DNA from: a virus
Taxonomy: Duplodnaviria > Caudoviricetes
Length of the DNA stretch: 64,000 bases
Virus record (IMG/VR): IMGVR_UViG_3300037047_000246
Reading direction: 5' to 3' (one strand)
Below, piece by piece: positions 36,285-44,576 of the stretch. The translations under genes and the position numbers were made by a program. Below the pieces are notes generated by a model that saw nothing but the letters and a program-made list of their open reading frames with translations, made no database searches and was not told the DNA's origin. The stretch's first letter is position 1, and each line of letters opens with the position of its first letter.

Positions 36285-39158
36285 ATGCAACTTGCCCAAG
36301 CTGACGATCGAGTCACCGTACAACGCCCTTGGTTTAGCGGTTTCGGGTTTCACCTGGTTCAGAACGTCGACCAATTTCGCAAGCTGGTGGATATTTGTAT
36401 ACAGAGGGGATTGTGTTCGCTCGACGTCGAGTCTACAGGGCTCGACAACAGGGTGTACCAGGACGCTTATTTCGAAGACGGCAAAAAGACCCGCCACGGC
36501 ATCAGAACCATCGATCGAATCGTTGGTCTATGCATGTCATTCGACGGGCAGAACGGCTACTACATCCCACTGACGCATGAGCCAGAAGACTCAGGCAACC
36601 TACCTTGGGATCCGGTGTGCGACGAGTTGACGCGGTTGGTGAACAACTGCAAAATCATATTCCACGGCGGCAAATATGACAAAGAGATGCTGCTGCCGTT
36701 GGTGAATCGCGAGTACTGGAAGGCAGACGAGCACGAAGACACGATGCTTCTGGCCAAGGTGATAAACCCGCTCAAAGGTATGCCGGCCGGCTTGAAACCG
36801 CTGACCAAGATTCACTTCGGCATAGAGATGATCGAGCTCGACGACCTGTTCACGCACGAGAAAAAAGAGCAGCTTCGCAAGGAGAAAAAGCGGTACAACT
36901 TCGCGCTGCTGCACCCTAAAGAAGGGCTTGAGTACGGCTGCTCGGACGGCATATTCACTTACAAGTTGTGGTTTGCCCTGAAGGACAAACTCCAAGGGCA
37001 CGACATGATGATGTACAACTTGGAGAAGTCCTTTTGCAACGTCGTGCAGAAGATGGAGCGCAACCGGGTCCACATTGATGTGAGTCGCGTAGAGCAGCTG
37101 TCAGCAGAGTGCGACGCTATGCTCAAGCTAACTGGCGATGCGGTCAGAGACATAATCGAGTCGCGCACTGGAAAGACGGGCAGATGGAGGACCCTGAACG
37201 TGGGTTCGCCGAAGCAGCTGTCCATGGCTCTGCTGACGGACCCGGAGGGTCTGTGTCTGAAACCTACCAAATTCATGTTGGGGGAGGATGATCAGTATGC
37301 GGACGCGCTGTCCGGCGATAGCGAAGAGAACGAAGAGGAGGACGACTCCGGCGTGCAGAAGCAGTACACGCTAAAGGACGAGGCCCTCAAGTCCATGGAC
37401 GCCGCATACGGCAAGGCTTACGGCGTTGTGTTGCACGGTGAAACAGACAAAGCCGGCAAACCGAAGACGCAAAGCCTGTTCTACCTGGTCATTGAATTCA
37501 GACACTATCAGAAAATGAAGGGGTCGTTCACCGACAAGCTGATGCAGTCTCACGACAAGTATGGGGACGTGAGGCCGGTGTTCAATCAGATGGGGACCGA
37601 CACCACGCGCCTTTCGTCGAAAGCCGGCAAAATCGCAGACGGCTTCTCCGGCATCAACTTCCAGGGCATCCCGAGAGACTCTGACGACGACAAGCCTGAA
37701 CTGTTCAAGCAAATCCGCACTTGCATCATCCCGAGGCCCGGCAAATTCTTGGTGAAACTGGACTTCGCTGGAGAGGAACTGAGGGTTGTGTGCAACCTGT
37801 CAGGCGACCCTATTTGGACCAGGTCTTTCTTGCACGAAGACGGGGACGTGCACAGCATCACCTCTCGCACCCTGTTCGGCAAAAGCGAAGTGTCTAAAGA
37901 CGAGCGCAACCGGGGCAAACGCTGCAACTTTGCTTTCATCTACGGAGGAGGAGCTGGCGCAATCTCCAGGAACGTCGGCTGCTCAGTTGAAGATGGCTCC
38001 AGGCACATGTCCAATCTCCGGGCCGCAGTCCCGGTGCTGATGGGGTATGTGGATCACCAGAAAGAGTTTGCGCGCAAGCACAAATGCGTATACACGGCTT
38101 TTGGGCGGCGCATCCCGATACCCACCATAGACTCCCCGATTCGCGCCATACGGGCGAAGGCGGAGCGATGCGCCATCAACTACACAATCCAGGCCACGTC
38201 GGCCGACATACTGAAGTTCGCGATGTGTCTTGTCGACAAGAAGATCCGAGAAATGGGTTGGGACGACAAGATCAAATACGTGATGACGGTGCATGATGAA
38301 GTTGTGTACGAAATCGAGCCGGAGCTTTTGCAAGAAGCGGTGCGAAAGCTCGACGAGTGGATGACGTACCCGTGGAAGCTTCCGAAGGCCCACGGCAGGG
38401 ACTGGGAAGTGCCGCTTCTGACTGAGCCCGGAATCGATGTCAACTGGAAGGCGCGCTTCGACTATTTCAAGATGGTGGACGGCATTCCGGCCGATCCCAA
38501 GGACGTGGTAGACGGGGTCTTCAAAGGCAAGTTGAAGAAAGACGAATACTACGACAACGGGCGAATGTTCCAGAAGATCCCAGAGTTTCTTGCTGAGTGG
38601 ATCAAGAGAGAGGATGGGGGAGAGGCGCAGCACCAAAGCAACCCGGCGACGCCAAAGCTCGTGGCGCCACAAGCTTTGGCGTCGCCTGCGGAGCAGATTG
38701 CCAAAGAGTCCGCGGAAGCCCGCTCCGACAAGGCTAACGACCCGGGAAAAAGCCGCGCCAGCGCGGCCGACCTCAGCCTCGACATAGGAGCGCCTTCGCT
38801 CAACATCAACGTGTCTCTGGACGAGCCTGACTCAAAACCTGAACCTGCAAAGCTGCACGAGCCAGCCGCCGAGACTCGCGACCAAACGGCCGCCGACTTG
38901 GCCCCGTCTCCGCAGCCGGACTACCATGTCGAGCCGGAGCCAAAAACCAGGGGCAACGGCGAAGTGTTCAGGTGGGTCATAGGATCTGTGCCGTCGGAAT
39001 CGGCTATGCGCAGACTGCACGCAGCGTGCATTCTGGCTGAAGGCGAGATTCCCATCCGCATAGTCAACCGCAGAGGCGACATTCTTGTTGGGGAATCTGA
39101 AAACATCCTAGTCGATCCTAGCAAATTCAAAATTGTGGTTGAGCTTTTCGGAATCTGA
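36285..39158 (+). CDS. polA: Family A DNA polymerase with 3'-5' exonuclease and a C-terminal extension
   Basis: Exo DVESTG and KYD; TTRLSS; motif A DFAGEELR; motif B RNRGKRCNFAFIYG; motif C VHDE. Start uncertain. Confidence 0.95.
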   Translation: MQLAQADDRVTVQRPWFSGFGFHLVQNVDQFRKLVDICIQRGLCSLDVESTGLDNRVYQDAYFEDGKKTRHGIRTIDRIVGLCMSFDGQNGYYIPLTHEPEDSGNLPWDPVCDELTRLVNNCKIIFHGGKYDKEMLLPLVNREYWKADEHEDTMLLAKVINPLKGMPAGLKPLTKIHFGIEMIELDDLFTHEKKEQLRKEKKRYNFALLHPKEGLEYGCSDGIFTYKLWFALKDKLQGHDMMMYNLEKSFCNVVQKMERNRVHIDVSRVEQLSAECDAMLKLTGDAVRDIIESRTGKTGRWRTLNVGSPKQLSMALLTDPEGLCLKPTKFMLGEDDQYADALSGDSEENEEEDDSGVQKQYTLKDEALKSMDAAYGKAYGVVLHGETDKAGKPKTQSLFYLVIEFRHYQKMKGSFTDKLMQSHDKYGDVRPVFNQMGTDTTRLSSKAGKIADGFSGINFQGIPRDSDDDKPELFKQIRTCIIPRPGKFLVKLDFAGEELRVVCNLSGDPIWTRSFLHEDGDVHSITSRTLFGKSEVSKDERNRGKRCNFAFIYGGGAGAISRNVGCSVEDGSRHMSNLRAAVPVLMGYVDHQKEFARKHKCVYTAFGRRIPIPTIDSPIRAIRAKAERCAINYTIQATSADILKFAMCLVDKKIREMGWDDKIKYVMTVHDEVVYEIEPELLQEAVRKLDEWMTYPWKLPKAHGRDWEVPLLTEPGIDVNWKARFDYFKMVDGIPADPKDVVDGVFKGKLKKDEYYDNGRMFQKIPEFLAEWIKREDGGEAQHQSNPATPKLVAPQALASPAEQIAKESAEARSDKANDPGKSRASAADLSLDIGAPSLNINVSLDEPDSKPEPAKLHEPAAETRDQTAADLAPSPQPDYHVEPEPKTRGNGEVFRWVIGSVPSESAMRRLHAACILAEGEIPIRIVNRRGDILVGESENILVDPSKFKIVVELFGI

Positions 39159-39159
39159 A

Positions 39160-39810
39160 ATGGCAAAACTGCTAGAATTTGGGTCCGTGGAATGCGTTTG
39201 TTCTGACAGCGAGACCCGTCAGATGGCCGTGCGCGTGAGCTGTCCGTGGTGCATAGTTCAGGCGGTCATGCCGCTGTTGCTCGGCCACGGCTTCATAGAT
39301 CAGTTCACGGTGTGCACTCCACTAGTGGCATGGGTGCCGGCGCTGAGCACAGAACATTTCACCGAAGTCGCAGTGTCCAGGGTCCCCAACATCGCTGAAA
39401 AGGCAAACGCAATGATGAGGGAACGCGCCATCGACATCATGCAGATGTTTGCCGACGTGGCTCAAGTGCTCAGGAATCCGGACTCAGGCATGTGTATGCT
39501 GCCTATGGGCGTGTATGTGGAGTTCCAATACAGGAGCACTTTCGAAGGCTTCGCTGCTGTGCTCGCTGCTTTCGAGCCACTAGGCACCCCGGGGGCCGCA
39601 GAGCTGCGACACGCCATGGCTCAGGTTTTGGCTCAGACGTTAGTCTCGGCTGGCTGCAGCATTTGCGAACCTGGCGGTGCAGACGTACCAGCGCTGCTTG
39701 GATCCGTGGCAAGCTCGTATTCCGTCAATGCAGCATCTGCCGCCAGAGCCGAGCAGAGCGATCTTTCTGGCCAGTGTTGCGGCGAAGAGCTCGACGCGGT
39801 GAAAAGATAG
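39160..39810 (+). CDS. ThyX-fold protein lacking the catalytic RHR/S motif (pseudo-enzyme)
   Basis: LLEFGSVECV resembles ILDKGFVELV; VSCPWCIV resembles VKAPIFVA; MLPMGVYVEF resembles VLPLNLYTRF; ELRHAMAQVL resembles the C-terminal ThyX helix (comparison from memory). Confidence 0.55.
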   Translation: MAKLLEFGSVECVCSDSETRQMAVRVSCPWCIVQAVMPLLLGHGFIDQFTVCTPLVAWVPALSTEHFTEVAVSRVPNIAEKANAMMRERAIDIMQMFADVAQVLRNPDSGMCMLPMGVYVEFQYRSTFEGFAAVLAAFEPLGTPGAAELRHAMAQVLAQTLVSAGCSICEPGGADVPALLGSVASSYSVNAASAARAEQSDLSGQCCGEELDAVKR

Positions 39811-40482
39811 GTTGGCTGACTGCTCAAGTCCTGAGATATGCTCCCTGCCGAACTCTATTTCTTGTGCTGTCTCTCCAGGCAAGTCCGCAAACTCCACTTT
39901 GTCGGCCAGCTTTTGTTTGACCCTGGACAGTATCTGCTCTGGGGCAGATAGGTGCGCATAAGCCGCGGCAGTTTCGGGCGTGGCGCGAGCCAATAGGGAC
40001 TGGTGCTTGGCCGACTCGTGCGAAGCCAGCGCCAGCGTGGACGACAACCCTGGATGCACCACTGGTCTGGACTTGTGCACGCCGCCATCCAGGCCGACGT
40101 AGTCTGGAGGGATGTAAACGTCTTTGGCGCTTATCGGTACAACAGCGCGGCCCGTCTGGCAGCTCACGAGATATAGACTAGGTTTAGCTGCTCGCTGCTG
40201 CTCAAGTTCGTCCAGCAGTATCTGAGCTGCACGTTCCAGTAGGTGCTCCGTGCCTGGTTTGGCTGGGCCGTATGACGCAGCCAATTCGCTCTTCACGCTT
40301 TGCGCTGGACGGCTTTCCGCAACCATCCGGCGCACTTCGGCGTTGTTTTCAATCTTTTTGCGCAGCTCCAGTAGGTATCCGGACACCACGTCTTCTTCTA
40401 TAGCAGCGGCCAGCGGAGTTCCAGCCGACTTTTCAATAGCAACTCCGGGGTCGTCGCCCCATTTATATTCGTCAGTCATCAT
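39640..40482 (-). CDS. Hypothetical protein
   Basis: Start MMTDEY overlaps the upstream stop; 3' end overlaps the ThyX-like ORF by 171 nt. Confidence 0.55.
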   Translation of the reverse strand: MMTDEYKWGDDPGVAIEKSAGTPLAAAIEEDVVSGYLLELRKKIENNAEVRRMVAESRPAQSVKSELAASYGPAKPGTEHLLERAAQILLDELEQQRAAKPSLYLVSCQTGRAVVPISAKDVYIPPDYVGLDGGVHKSRPVVHPGLSSTLALASHESAKHQSLLARATPETAAAYAHLSAPEQILSRVKQKLADKVEFADLPGETAQEIEFGREHISGLEQSANLSFHRVELFAATLARKIALLGSGGRCCIDGIRACHGSKQRWYVCTARFANAAASRD

Positions 40483-41002
40483 CGAACACGAAGACGTTGC
40501 CTTGAGCAGGCGTCTCCTCCTCCATCTTGGTCTGGTCACCCAGCATCACCGGCTGCTTGAACGGCGTATTGAACAACATTTGGCCAGGGGGCGCGGCCGG
40601 AGCGGCGGGCGGCGGGCAAACGTCCGGACCAGGCCGCGGCTCCAGCTGAGCTTCTGCAGCTGGCGGGCTACTGACTGGAGATCCGGGCTCTGTGTCCGGG
40701 ACGTCGTCGAACGACAGCGGACTTGCGGACGTCTCGAACGTTTGCGTTTGTACTTCCGGCACGCGCGTCGTCTCCATGGGCGCGAAATTCGGATTGGCCA
40801 GGTCCGGGGCGACTATCCTCGGCACCTTTTCAAACAAGACAGTGCGCCAGTTTTTGACTCTCGTGTCGAATCCAGAGGCATTGCCCCAGCTTCTGGAGCA
40901 ACCTCTGTTGGAGCACACCGCGCAAAACTCCCGATTGAACGCGTCTATCGGCGCTCCTTTGAATTCTGACATGCATTCGCGCAGGAAGTCTTGCTTTGCC
41001 AT
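40472..41002 (-). CDS. Hypothetical protein with a CxxC-x4-C cluster and Pro-rich tail
   Basis: FCAVCSNRGC; GGAG RBS. Confidence 0.55.
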   Translation of the reverse strand: MAKQDFLRECMSEFKGAPIDAFNREFCAVCSNRGCSRSWGNASGFDTRVKNWRTVLFEKVPRIVAPDLANPNFAPMETTRVPEVQTQTFETSASPLSFDDVPDTEPGSPVSSPPAAEAQLEPRPGPDVCPPPAAPAAPPGQMLFNTPFKQPVMLGDQTKMEEETPAQGNVFVFDDD

Positions 41003-41206
41003 CGAAGAACTCTACTGCTCCCTATGCGCCAATGTGCTGCATGTTTAGAGACTCGATAACGTATGCGCGGGGGAGTGTCTTGACTCTTTAGCTGATTCCA
41101 GTCGCAACGCAAACGTGGGCGTCTCGCAGCAAGGCTATATAGAATGCGCGCCTGCACAGTGGACGTGCGGACGGTGTATTGTGCATGAGTGGGACGGACG
41201 AGGGAC

Positions 41207-41236
41207 TTGCCCGGTCTAATAGACCTGTGGTACACT
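41207..41236 (+). promoter_or_regulatory. Sigma70-type promoter for the phage sigma gene, with an inverted repeat in the spacer
   Basis: TTGCCC-18 nt-TACACT; spacer contains GGTCT-AAT-AGACC; GGAGG at 41256 and ATG at 41267. Confidence 0.5.
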
Positions 41237-41266
41237 GGAATAAGTTTCCCTGGTTGGAGGTGGTGG

Positions 41267-41932
41267 ATGGGTTTGTGTGTGGGCAAAAAAGTCAGGGTGG
41301 TGACGACTTTGTCTAAGCCAGCCAGGGTGCCTCCTGCGAAGCTGCCCTGGCCAAGGATCGCAGAGGACGACCCTTCCGTCGACCTGGGGGTTGACGTCAA
41401 AGCGAAGATTCAGGACATAACCAAAATTGTGCACAAGTACTTCAGGGTCGCAGACGTTCCCATGGAAGAACTTCTGCAAGAAGTGTTTGTCGCCATAGTG
41501 CACAAGAATCACACCAGATCCGCGCACGACCCTCGCAAGAGTTCGTTCGGGCACTACGTTTACATGATCGCCAACAATGTGTGCATCAACCTGGTGCATC
41601 GCAAAAAGCGTTACGACAAAGAGAGGGACTCCATCGATTCGCCCAACGGAGCGGACGATTCAAGAACCCTTCTCGACACCATAGACGTGCCCGCCGCAAA
41701 TTTGACCGACGAACTCACAGAGTACATGAAAGATATGGAAGAGCTCATGCGCAAGCGAGGCCAGCGCGACCTGGCTCGCTACGTCAGAGCAGTCCGGAGC
41801 GGCGCCAGCCCCGATGTCATTCGAGAAGCGTTGTCGTGGGGCGGGCACGAAGTGTCAAGCAAGGTCATCAGGGGATTTCGCTTGCAAGTCAAAGCTGTTG
41901 TGCAAGACGTTTACGGCATCGCCTGCGCCTAG
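41267..41932 (+). CDS. ECF-like RNA polymerase sigma factor
   Basis: Region 2 pattern EELLQEVFVAI...HDPRKSSFGHYVYMIANNVCINLVHR; GGAGG RBS. Confidence 0.75.
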   Translation: MGLCVGKKVRVVTTLSKPARVPPAKLPWPRIAEDDPSVDLGVDVKAKIQDITKIVHKYFRVADVPMEELLQEVFVAIVHKNHTRSAHDPRKSSFGHYVYMIANNVCINLVHRKKRYDKERDSIDSPNGADDSRTLLDTIDVPAANLTDELTEYMKDMEELMRKRGQRDLARYVRAVRSGASPDVIREALSWGGHEVSSKVIRGFRLQVKAVVQDVYGIACA

Positions 41933-42168
41933 TTGCGCGGCTTCCATTTAGATATCAGATCCATATACTCGTTGATGCGCTTCTGCAGCACCGACGGAGC
42001 CGTCTTGCCGCGGAGAGCCAGCGTGAGGTGTCCCCTGATCAGCGGCAGCGCAGTTTTAGGATCTTGTAGTAGTTTCCAACACCCTTTGCACACGTACGTG
42101 TCTTCAGAGACGCCGTCTTGCTTTGTGGCCCTCAGCACACCATCGGAGTCGCAGTATATGCATTTCAT
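41929..42168 (-). CDS. Small Zn-finger protein
   Basis: CIYC...CKGC. Confidence 0.6.
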   Translation of the reverse strand: MKCIYCDSDGVLRATKQDGVSEDTYVCKGCWKLLQDPKTALPLIRGHLTLALRGKTAPSVLQKRINEYMDLISKWKPRN

Positions 42169-42764
42169 CTGGTGTTGAATTCTGCCGTAGACGAGACCAG
42201 CTCGTCCAGGTCTTTGAACTTCTTTGACAGCATTGCGTCCGCAAACAGCAGCGCCAGCGGAAGCGGCGCAGACACCCTAAGCACAGACCCGGGCTTGATT
42301 GCCGAGTCGAGGGCAGCAATGAACTGCGCATAAATTTTAGGCATGCGGTACGGCTCGTACGATTTGGCTGCAGCGCTGCTGCCGTCGCAAGCTTCGGGGT
42401 CGGACAAAACGTGGTGCAGCGAACAAGCCACTGGTCGCACGTCGTATGCGGCGCACATGCCGTTCACAAGCAGCGGGCACGGTATGCCTATCTTATACCA
42501 AGCCTGCGGACTGGCAGCTGCAGCGACGTCTCGAACAGCCTCCACGCTCTTGCGCATATGAGGCCAGCTACCGGACCTTTGCATCGCTCTGACCATCACG
42601 GCCGCTTCGGCGATGGTCAGAGCGATGAATCTGTTGCAGCAAGCGTGGCATCCGGCTCTGCATCGAATTGCCGAAACGGATACGCGCTCCATAGACGACC
42701 TTTGCGCAGCTTCCACAATGGCTATGTGCGCCATTGACAACACGGCATGGACGTCGGACTCCAT
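42165..42764 (-). CDS. YkgJ-family (CxxxCxxCC) Fe-S/Zn cluster protein
   Basis: CRAGCHACC...CPLL..GMCAAYDVRPVACSLH. Confidence 0.85.
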   Translation of the reverse strand: MESDVHAVLSMAHIAIVEAAQRSSMERVSVSAIRCRAGCHACCNRFIALTIAEAAVMVRAMQRSGSWPHMRKSVEAVRDVAAAASPQAWYKIGIPCPLLVNGMCAAYDVRPVACSLHHVLSDPEACDGSSAAAKSYEPYRMPKIYAQFIAALDSAIKPGSVLRVSAPLPLALLFADAMLSKKFKDLDELVSSTAEFNTR

Positions 42765-43102
42765 CAGTTCACGCTCGGAAAAGCACTATCCAGCGACTCA
42801 TGCCTCACGATAGCGAGCACGAGTTTGCATATAGATGGATCTTCTACAAGCGACATCACTTTTTCGCTTGCCAGCCGCCTAATGCTGCTCTCCACCGCTG
42901 ACCTGTCTTGAGGCTTTGCGAGCAAAAACCCGTGCAGGCAGCTCCTGGCTTGATCCAGAAGCTGCCTCTCCACCATCAGCACCGGGTGATCTGGTGCGCA
43001 AAGGTGTTCAAGCAAGCATTTGCGAGCGAACCGACTTGCGTACAACAACACGGGGTTTGACGCAATGTCATTGCGAGATTGCACCATAACCCCGTTGTTC
43101 AT
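42764..43102 (-). CDS. Hypothetical protein
   Basis: Translationally coupled in a minus-strand operon. Confidence 0.5.
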   Translation of the reverse strand: MNNGVMVQSRNDIASNPVLLYASRFARKCLLEHLCAPDHPVLMVERQLLDQARSCLHGFLLAKPQDRSAVESSIRRLASEKVMSLVEDPSICKLVLAIVRHESLDSAFPSVN

Positions 43103-43764
43103 TGAACGTTGCTCACTGCCTGGTTGGTTTCGATCTGCTTGACGAAGTTCTCGGCTTCAGCGTCGTCGACCGAGTCGGTGGCGAGTGAGAATTTGTCGTC
43201 TTGGCGACAGAAGGACTTGTCGTCCTTGAGGGCGTTGTACAGAGACTGCCTGGACCAGTAGCCCCACTTCGCCGTTGCCAGCTTCCAAATCTCCGCGGCT
43301 TGAAGCGGACCGCTTCCAGCTGCGATGATCTGCTTTACGGCTTCCTTGAGCGGAGGCCTGCCGGTCACCGGAGACTTCTTGACCTTCGCGTCTTTTGCAG
43401 CAGTTTTGGCCTCAGACTTCTTGGCCGGCGCGGGCTTCGCGGGCTTCGCGGGCTTCGCGGGCTTCGCGGGCTTGGCGGGCTTCTTGGCCGGCGCAAGCTT
43501 GGCGGGCTTGGTGGGCTTGTCTGCCTTCTTCTCAAGCTTCTTTGCAGGCTTGACAGGAGGCTTTACCTCAGGCTTTTTGACAACAGTCACTACGGCGTTG
43601 CCGATGCCACCCATCAGGGTCTTGACTTCCTTCAGGGCAGACCCCACCTGAGTCTTGTGCTTTTCGATCTGGAGGACCGAGTTGTCGATGCCCTTGAGCA
43701 GGGAATTGATCTTCACCAGAGCCTGCTTGGGTGTCTTCGGAGTCTTCTTGGTCTTCGTTTCCAT
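43099..43764 (-). CDS. Histone H1-like (PAKK-rich) protein with C-terminal winged helix
   Basis: Lys/Ala/Pro repeats, then LKEAVKQII...PLQAAEIW...SLYNALK...F...KFSL. Confidence 0.6.
   Translation of the reverse strand: METKTKKTPKTPKQALVKINSLLKGIDNSVLQIEKHKTQVGSALKEVKTLMGGIGNAVVTVVKKPEVKPPVKPAKKLEKKADKPTKPAKLAPAKKPAKPAKPAKPAKPAKPAPAKKSEAKTAAKDAKVKKSPVTGRPPLKEAVKQIIAAGSGPLQAAEIWKLATAKWGYWSRQSLYNALKDDKSFCRQDDKFSLATDSVDDAEAENFVKQIETNQAVSNVQ
43431..43482 (-). repeat. 9-bp tandem repeat (CGGGCTTCG x4 plus variants) encoding PAK repeats
   Basis: Read directly. Confidence 0.9.
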
Positions 43765-43765
43765 A

Positions 43766-44008
43766 TTACATTCCTTTCTGCTTCATGTGCTCAATCTGGC
43801 GCTGCATGCGAGCCAGATCTGCTTCGGATACTACATTGAATACCCGACAAATTTCCTCTTTTTGATCCTTGAAATTATCCAGCATTGACTTATGTCTGTC
43901 CATACCGGCAACTTCGTACATCATGCGCATCCCCGACCATAGCTTAGACCAATCGGCCGTGCTCTTGCTGCCTGGAGATGGGGATATGATTTTTGACTTG
44001 CGATTCAT
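43766..44008 (-). CDS. Hypothetical protein (80 aa)
   Basis: Start reassigned to MNRKSK, 10 nt below a TGTAA box. Confidence 0.45.
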   Translation of the reverse strand: MNRKSKIISPSPGSKSTADWSKLWSGMRMMYEVAGMDRHKSMLDNFKDQKEEICRVFNVVSEADLARMQRQIEHMKQKGM

Positions 44009-44018
44009 ACTGTCAACT

Positions 44019-44023
44019 TTACA
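44019..44023 (-). promoter_or_regulatory. TGTAA box (AATTGTAAAGT, the same 11-mer as at the SSB gene)
   Basis: 10 nt before the ATG at 44008. Confidence 0.45.
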
Positions 44024-44051
44024 ATTTAAGCCACACTGCTGTACGGTGTCA

Positions 44052-44222
44052 ATGATGACGTACGATGACTTTATCGAAAAGCTCAGGGAAATCAAAGCAG
44101 AGTTCAAACGCGCAAAGCGCACAGATTTGATAACCATCGAGCAGCTGGAGCACTACCTGACTGAGCGCAAAAGCCGGCGTTCGTCACGCGGACTGAAGTC
44201 GCTTAAGGGGTTGGACCTGTGA
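44052..44222 (+). CDS. Small basic hypothetical protein
   Basis: MMTYDDF...; GTGA overlap with the next gene. Confidence 0.45.
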   Translation: MMTYDDFIEKLREIKAEFKRAKRTDLITIEQLEHYLTERKSRRSSRGLKSLKGLDL

Positions 44223-44554
44223 ACATTGCCGACGCATGGTCTGTCCTCGGGAAGAACTGGGCCGACCTGGTCAGGGATTTGGCTGCCATGCCAACGGACT
44301 CAGGTAGGGTACAACATGCGGAGCAGCTTTTGGCGGAAGCCAGAAAAATCGCCAGGAAGCTGATGGCGAAGCATCACCCAGACATGAACCAAGACGACCC
44401 TGACTCAGCCATCAGGTTTCAAGCAGTCAGCGCTGCTTTGTCCGCGATTGAGGCTAGCACAAACGAAATGCTGGACAAATACCAAGAGTCAAAGCTGCGA
44501 GCAGAGCAGCTCGCCAGCAAACGCGCCAAAGACGGCTTCATAGTAATAAAGTAG
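44219..44554 (+). CDS. Minimal J-domain protein
   Basis: RKLMAKHHPDMNQDDPDSAIRFQAVSAA (helix II-HPD-helix III). Confidence 0.75.
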   Translation: MNIADAWSVLGKNWADLVRDLAAMPTDSGRVQHAEQLLAEARKIARKLMAKHHPDMNQDDPDSAIRFQAVSAALSAIEASTNEMLDKYQESKLRAEQLASKRAKDGFIVIK

Positions 44555-44576
44555 ACCTCTTGTTCCGCGTACCAAC

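Noticed and set aside
43766-43770. TGTAA immediately before the H1-like gene
   Set aside because: It is the upstream ATG-TAA ending, 1 nt from the start codon, too close to act as a promoter; excluded from the motif count.
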